A stretch of 64,000 bases of DNA from Thermodesulfobacteriota bacterium (lineage in GTDB: Bacteria; Desulfobacterota; Binatia; Bin18): assembly GCA_964291405.2 (NCBI GenBank), contig OZ219926.1, forward strand, positions 2,336,001-2,400,000, written 5' to 3'. Each line of letters opens with the position of its first letter. Position 1 is the stretch's first letter. This document shows positions 58,870-64,000 of this stretch, one piece after another. The notes beneath the pieces are model-generated. The model worked only from the letters and a program-made list of their open reading frames with translations. It was not told the origin of the DNA and searched no databases. Made by a program: the position numbers and the translations under genes.

Positions 58870-60840
58870 ATGTCTCACCAATCTGACCTGATCGCGACCG
58901 ATATCGAAGCCTATCTCGCCCAGCATGAGCGCAAGGACCTGCTGCGCTTCCTGACCTGCGGCAGCGTGGATGACGGCAAGAGCACCCTGATCGGCCGTCT
59001 CCTGTACGACTCCAAGCTGATCTATGAGGATCAGCTTGAGGCGATAAAAAAAGACTCGATTCGGCATGGCACGACCGACACGGAGTTTGATCCCGCTCTG
59101 CTGACCGACGGCCTCAAAGCCGAACGCGAACAGGGCATCACCATCGATGTCGCCTATCGCTATTTTTCGACCGCCAAACGCAAATTCATTATTGCCGACA
59201 CTCCAGGTCATGAGCAGTACACCCGGAATATGGCGACTGGCGCGTCAACCTGTGACTTGGCCATTATTTTGATTGATGCCCGCCATGGTGTCCTGACCCA
59301 AACCCGGCGACACAGCTTTATCGCCTCTCTCTTGGGGATCAAGCACATTGTTGTTGCCGTCAATAAGATGGATTTGGTGGACTACAGCCAGGAGGAGTTT
59401 GAGCGGATAGTCGAAGATTATACCGACTTTGCCGCCAGACTGGAGCTGAGCGATGTGCACTTCCTGCCCATGGCGGCACTGAGCGGCGATAATGTGGTGA
59501 ACAAAAGCGAGCATATGCCGTGGTATACGGGCAGCCCGCTGATGCACCTGTTAGAGCAGGTCTATATTGCCTCGGATACCAATCTGATCGACTTTCGTTT
59601 TCCGGTCCAATACGTCAATCGTCCCAACCTGGACTTCCGCGGTTTCTGTGGCACGGTGGCCTCGGGCATCGTGCGGCCGGGCGATGAGGTCATGGTGTTC
59701 CCGTCGCGCAAAACAAGCCGGGTGAAAGCCATTCATACCTTTGAGGGGGAAGTAGAGCAGGCCATGCCGCCGCTGGCCGTGACCCTGACGCTTGAAGACG
59801 AGATTGATGTCAGTCGCGGAGATATGCTGGTTCATCCCAACAATGTCCCCCTCATCGCCACGCACTTTGAAGCCATGCTGGTGTGGATGGCTGAAGAGCC
59901 CATGCAGCCCGGCAAGCAGTATTTCCTGAAGCAGGCCACCACCATGACGCCCGGAGTCATTACCGACGTGCGGTATCGCATAGACGTCAATACCCTCCAC
60001 CGGAAAGACGCTACGCAACTGGCTCTCAATGAGATCGGACGGTGCGCCTTTGCCCTCGAAAAGCCGATCGCCTGTGACCCGTACCGCAAGAACCGTACGT
60101 CCGGGGCGTTTGTCGTTATTGACCGCCTCACCAATAATACGGTCGGCGCCGGGATGATCATCGACCGAAATCAGTCTTTTGGGACTCCTGGGTCCATTGG
60201 GCCTTGGGGGTCAAGACTCAATGGACCCAATGACTCAATGGACCCAATGAACTCAACTATCCGGGCGGAGACCGGGTTGATTGCCGTGACCGAGCGTGAG
60301 CAGGCCCTGCAGCAGCACGCGCTCACGGTCTGGCTGACGGGTTTGTCAGGCTCCGGAAAATCGTCCATTGCGGAACGACTTGAGCAGCGCCTGCATACGG
60401 AGGGGTTCCATGCCTATCGGCTCGACGGTGACAATCTGCGCCTGGGGTTGAATCGGGACCTAGCATTTTCCGAAATGGACCGTGCGGAAAATATTCGCCG
60501 TATTGCCGAGGTCGCACGGCTCTTTAACCAAGCGGGGCTCATCATTCTGGTGCCGGTCATTGCTCCCTTTCAGGCAGACCGGCAACACGCGGCAGAGGTC
60601 ATCGGTGTGGACCGCTTTTTTGAGGTGTATGTGGACACCCCGCTTGAAGTATGCGAGGAGCGCGATGTGAAAGGACTGTATCAAAAGGCGCGGGCCGGGG
60701 AGATTTCAGACTTTACCGGCATCTCCTCTCCCTATGAACCGCCGCCAACGCCGGCACTCCGACTGACGACGGTTGGTCACACCGTCGAGGAATCTACCGA
60801 TGTCGTGTTTCGGGCGATTGCGGCTCGTATCCGTCTGTAG
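58870..60840 (+). CDS. cysNC: Bifunctional sulfate adenylyltransferase subunit 1 / APS kinase
   Basis: [19 protein letters not shown]-terminal [27 protein letters not shown]. Confidence 0.97.
   Translation: MSHQSDLIATDIEAYLAQHERKDLLRFLTCGSVDDGKSTLIGRLLYDSKLIYEDQLEAIKKDSIRHGTTDTEFDPALLTDGLKAEREQGITIDVAYRYFSTAKRKFIIADTPGHEQYTRNMATGASTCDLAIILIDARHGVLTQTRRHSFIASLLGIKHIVVAVNKMDLVDYSQEEFERIVEDYTDFAARLELSDVHFLPMAALSGDNVVNKSEHMPWYTGSPLMHLLEQVYIASDTNLIDFRFPVQYVNRPNLDFRGFCGTVASGIVRPGDEVMVFPSRKTSRVKAIHTFEGEVEQAMPPLAVTLTLEDEIDVSRGDMLVHPNNVPLIATHFEAMLVWMAEEPMQPGKQYFLKQATTMTPGVITDVRYRIDVNTLHRKDATQLALNEIGRCAFALEKPIACDPYRKNRTSGAFVVIDRLTNNTVGAGMIIDRNQSFGTPGSIGPWGSRLNGPNDSMDPMNSTIRAETGLIAVTEREQALQQHALTVWLTGLSGSGKSSIAERLEQRLHTEGFHAYRLDGDNLRLGLNRDLAFSEMDRAENIRRIAEVARLFNQAGLIILVPVIAPFQADRQHAAEVIGVDRFFEVYVDTPLEVCEERDVKGLYQKARAGEISDFTGISSPYEPPPTPALRLTTVGHTVEESTDVVFRAIAARIRL
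60177..60257. repeat. Inverted 9-mer array in-frame in the CysN-CysC linker
   Basis: TTTGGGACT CCTGGGTCC ATTGGGCCT TGGGGGTCA ... GGACCCAAT GACTCAATG GACCCAATG AACTCAACT. Confidence 0.8.
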
Positions 60841-60894
60841 ACGCCTACCTTTCATGTTCGCCTTGCAAATGCTTCCCTCAAGAGGAGCCCCCGG

Positions 60895-62469
60895 ATGTTT
60901 GGTCTTAGACTGGCAATCACGACAGGGATTCTTATCCTGACGTGTACGCTACCCGTGGCGAGTCAGGATCAGGAAGAAGTCGATTTCCGGACGCCAACCC
61001 AAACGGTAGAGGAGCAGTTTCTTTTTCTGCGGAAAGGGATTCAGGCAGAATATTTTTCGCGCGAAGTCGGACAAGACTGGGATCAGATGGTGTTCTGGCC
61101 GCACGGGGCCGTTCGCCCAACCCATCTGGTCGGCTGCATTGAAGAAGTCCTCGACTGTTTGAGCGGCACCTGTGGCGAGTCTTTTGTCGTTGGGGATAAA
61201 CTGACACCGAGTGTCCAGGTCATTGACTTGCAGACCCGGACGGTCACTACCCTGGTGCGCGGGATGACGATTTGCGATGGGATCCGTACCACACCGTGGG
61301 GCACGGTGGTCGCAACGGAAGAGGACTTCGTCAGCGACACCGGGGCGGTGTATGAAATCCTGGACCCGCTGACGAATGACGAGTTTACCATTCTTGAGCG
61401 AGGCAGTGGCGCTGCGCCGGCCCGGATTGTGGATCAGGCCGGCCAGGACGCCTCGGACCGCATTATCAAACGCACAGCCTTTCCCGTGATCCGCTACGAA
61501 GGCTTTCTCGTGCATGAAACCGGCGTGGTGATTGCGGGCGATGAAGAGCGACCCGGCAGCTATGAGCCGGGCGATACTGATGGCGGCACGGTGTATAAGT
61601 TCATTCCTACCAAGCTGTACGACCCCGACACCGGTCATATTGCGTCCCTCGATCAATCTCCCTTGATCGCAGGCACAACATACGCGCTGCAAGTGTCGTG
61701 TCGGGAGGACCAGCAGCAGTTCGGTCAAGGCTGCGAGATTGGCAACGGCGCCTGGATTCCACTCACACCAACCGTCGCGTCCGAGATCAGTGTTGATGAG
61801 GGCGAAACCCGCATTGGTCGCGAGGCGGCCAATGCGGCTGGGGCAACGGCTTATTACCGTCCCGAAGACCTCCATCGTGACCCGATGTTCAGCGACCCCG
61901 ACCAGCCTGATGCCGTCCGCTTCTGTTTTGCCGTCACCGGGAACCATGCCGGCAGCAACTACGGCGAGGTGCAGTGCGCGATTGATCAGAATGTGACGGC
62001 GGCAACCGGGACAACGGGAGAGATCGTGATAAACCGCTTCATTGAGGGCAGCCCCGAATTCAGTCAGCCGGATAATCTTGCCTTTCAGCCGATAACGGGA
62101 GTGCTGTTTGTTGTCGAGGACAATGGGATGAGCCAGGGGAATAGCGATGTATGGGCCTGTCTGCCGGACGGCGCGGACGACGATATCAAGTCTGACGGCT
62201 GTGTGCGATTGCTCAAAATTGCCGATGGTTCTGCCGAGTCAACCGGCTTTATTTTCACGCCGGATGGCACCGAGGCGTATTTTGCGATCCAGCATAGTGC
62301 CGACGGCAATATGCCTTTGGTGGATGATTTTCGGACCGATGACCTCATCCGGCTGTCCGGGTTTCGGGTCAGACCCATGAAGTACGATTTTGGTGCACGG
62401 ACGATGTACCGTCTCGAACGTCAGGCCTATCGATATTTCGGTTTTGGAACCGAAAACCAAATCGAGTAG
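60895..62469 (+). CDS. Secreted PhoX/DUF839-like alkaline phosphatase family protein
   Basis: Signal peptide; CDGIRTTPWGTVVATEE, RPED, PDNLAF, EDN, ESTGFIF, IQH. Confidence 0.85.
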   Translation: MFGLRLAITTGILILTCTLPVASQDQEEVDFRTPTQTVEEQFLFLRKGIQAEYFSREVGQDWDQMVFWPHGAVRPTHLVGCIEEVLDCLSGTCGESFVVGDKLTPSVQVIDLQTRTVTTLVRGMTICDGIRTTPWGTVVATEEDFVSDTGAVYEILDPLTNDEFTILERGSGAAPARIVDQAGQDASDRIIKRTAFPVIRYEGFLVHETGVVIAGDEERPGSYEPGDTDGGTVYKFIPTKLYDPDTGHIASLDQSPLIAGTTYALQVSCREDQQQFGQGCEIGNGAWIPLTPTVASEISVDEGETRIGREAANAAGATAYYRPEDLHRDPMFSDPDQPDAVRFCFAVTGNHAGSNYGEVQCAIDQNVTAATGTTGEIVINRFIEGSPEFSQPDNLAFQPITGVLFVVEDNGMSQGNSDVWACLPDGADDDIKSDGCVRLLKIADGSAESTGFIFTPDGTEAYFAIQHSADGNMPLVDDFRTDDLIRLSGFRVRPMKYDFGARTMYRLERQAYRYFGFGTENQIE

Positions 62470-62539
62470 CGCCGAGGTCGCTCAGCTGTTCAATCAGGCC
62501 GGCCTGATCGTACTTTTCCCGGTCGTCTCGCCGTTTCAT

Positions 62540-62595
62540 CTGTCATATTCCTGTAAGAGAATCGTATCAGATTTGTCACTAAAACGCCGCACTCT
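62540..62595 (+). promoter_or_regulatory. Pho-box promoter of the second PhoX-like gene
   Basis: CTGTCAT, CTGTAAG, TCGTATC, TTGTCAC at an 11-nt period, then 10 nt, then CACTCT. Confidence 0.78.
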
Positions 62596-62754
62596 TTTCA
62601 TGCTGGTGCAAAATTCCCGCAACACGACGAGCGTAAGGCTACGTTGTCTACAGACAACGATCCTCGGAGGAAAACCTGTTCGAAACATTTTCCAGGCTCT
62701 ACCGAGGGCGCAGGATTGGTTTTTTAACGTGCAAGGGTAAGGAGGAGAGCTTTC

Positions 62755-64000
62755 ATGTCTGGTCTCAATCGCCTTCGCAGTCTGAGCACTGCGGGGGCTC
62801 TCGTATTGGTGTTTACGCTACAAGCGGAGAGTCAGGAAGACCTAGATTTCCGTACCCCGACCCAAATCGTAGAAGAACAGTTCACTTTTCTTAGCAACGG
62901 TATTCAGGCCGAATACTTTTCCCGTGAAGTTGGCCAAGACTGGGACCAGATGGCCTTCTGGCCGCATGGTTCCAACAACCCGACCCACTTGGTCGGCTGT
63001 ATTGAAGAAGTTCTTGGCTGTCTGAGTGACCCTTGTGGAGAGCCGTTTGTACCAAGCGATAAACTGACCCCTGGCGTACAAGTGATTAATCTGCAGACCC
63101 GTGAGGTCAGTACGATTGTGCGTGGGATGACCATTTGTGACGGGATTCGCACCACGCCGTGGGGTACCGTGCTGGCGACGGAAGAAGATTTCGTGAGTGA
63201 TACCGGATCAGTGTATGAAATCTTGAACCCCCTGACGCCGGACGAATACACAATCCTCAATCGGGGGAGTGGGGGAACTCCCGCTCAGATCGTGGATCAA
63301 GACGGGAATGACGCTTCAGGTCATATTACCAAGCGTACGGCATTTCCAGTCATTCGCTACGAAGGTTTTCTCGTTCATGAGACCGGCGTCGTCATTGCTG
63401 GTGATGAAGAGCGGCCTGGAAGCTACGAGCCGGGGGACACCGATGGAGGAGCCATCTACAAATTTATCCCAGACTTGTTACGCACTCCCGGCTCGGACGC
63501 CATCATAGCGCTGGACCAATCCCCACTCGTCTCGGGGGTAACGTATGCGCTTCAAGCGTCCTGTCGGGATAATAGACAACAGTTCGGACAGGGATGTGAG
63601 ATCGGCGCGGGCGCCTGGGTAGAGCTCTCACCGACTGCAGCTTCGGAAGATAGTGCTGATGAGGGGATTCCCCGTATAGGGCGTGAGGCGGCGTATAGTG
63701 CTGGTGCATCGGCGTACTACCGTCCCGAGGACTTGCATCGCGACCCTATGTATAATGATGCGGACAATCCCAATGCCGTACGCTTTTGCTTTGCTGTAAC
63801 TGGCAATAAGGCGGCCAGCAATTATGGGGAGGTGCAATGCGCCATTGACCAAGATATCACTGCAACGAGTGGAGAGACGGGCGAGGTTGTGATCAATCGC
63901 TTTATTGAGGGAGACCCTGAGTTAAACCAGCCGGATAACCTCGCTTTTCAGCCTGTCACAGGTGTTCTGTACGTTATTGAGGATAACCCAAATGGTGACA
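62755..64000 (+). CDS. Second PhoX/DUF839-like paralog (3' end outside window; missing from the ORF track)
   Basis: Manual translation MSGLNRLRSL...DFRTPTQIVEEQF...YFSREVGQDWDQM...PDNLAFQP is colinear with the upstream paralog; SD AAGGAGGAG. Confidence 0.9.
   Translation, partial: MSGLNRLRSLSTAGALVLVFTLQAESQEDLDFRTPTQIVEEQFTFLSNGIQAEYFSREVGQDWDQMAFWPHGSNNPTHLVGCIEEVLGCLSDPCGEPFVPSDKLTPGVQVINLQTREVSTIVRGMTICDGIRTTPWGTVLATEEDFVSDTGSVYEILNPLTPDEYTILNRGSGGTPAQIVDQDGNDASGHITKRTAFPVIRYEGFLVHETGVVIAGDEERPGSYEPGDTDGGAIYKFIPDLLRTPGSDAIIALDQSPLVSGVTYALQASCRDNRQQFGQGCEIGAGAWVELSPTAASEDSADEGIPRIGREAAYSAGASAYYRPEDLHRDPMYNDADNPNAVRFCFAVTGNKAASNYGEVQCAIDQDITATSGETGEVVINRFIEGDPELNQPDNLAFQPVTGVLYVIEDNPNGD

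Noticed and set aside
60841-60894. Pho box before the first PhoX-like gene
   Set aside because: Only one TTTCAT half-site with no 11-nt periodic partner.

Overview
GC-rich, mostly housekeeping chromosomal window from a Gram-negative bacterium. A deltaproteobacterial/Binatia-like, possibly host-associated lineage is my inference from gene style only. Contents in order: a partial complex I operon (nuoA-C-D-E-H-J-K-L-M', no nuoB/F/G/I); tRNA-Ser, SRP RNA, dnaX, ybaB, recR, tRNA-Asn; tldD/tldE; a secreted M6-type metalloprotease; a TonB receptor; an FG-GAP protein; rlmE; an orphan NorD/CbbO-like VWA protein; ilvE, moeA, purE, murF, cca; a complete Pho locus (oprP-pstSCAB-phoU-phoB-phoR) extended by Pho-box-bearing acr3, receiver-domain, ppk1-upstream and PhoX-like loci; bamD; and a sulfur-carrier cysteine/sulfate-activation operon. 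I saw no transposase, integrase or CRISPR. Four observations stand out. (1) Two ThiF/MoeB paralogs have complementary motif losses and look like an obligate heterodimeric E1, acting on a MoaD-like carrier whose Gly-Gly is masked by a repeat-derived tail. (2) Two tandem, Pho-box-preceded hairpin RNAs, plus a third sRNA candidate, expose anti-Shine-Dalgarno loops. (3) A ~54-bp palindromic element occurs 11 times, including in-frame in PhoB and PhoR and as a mirror pair flanking the mgtE/ppk1 promoter segment. (4) Several other short palindromic families are inserted in-frame into proteins. All calls come from reading the sequence by eye; no searches were run.
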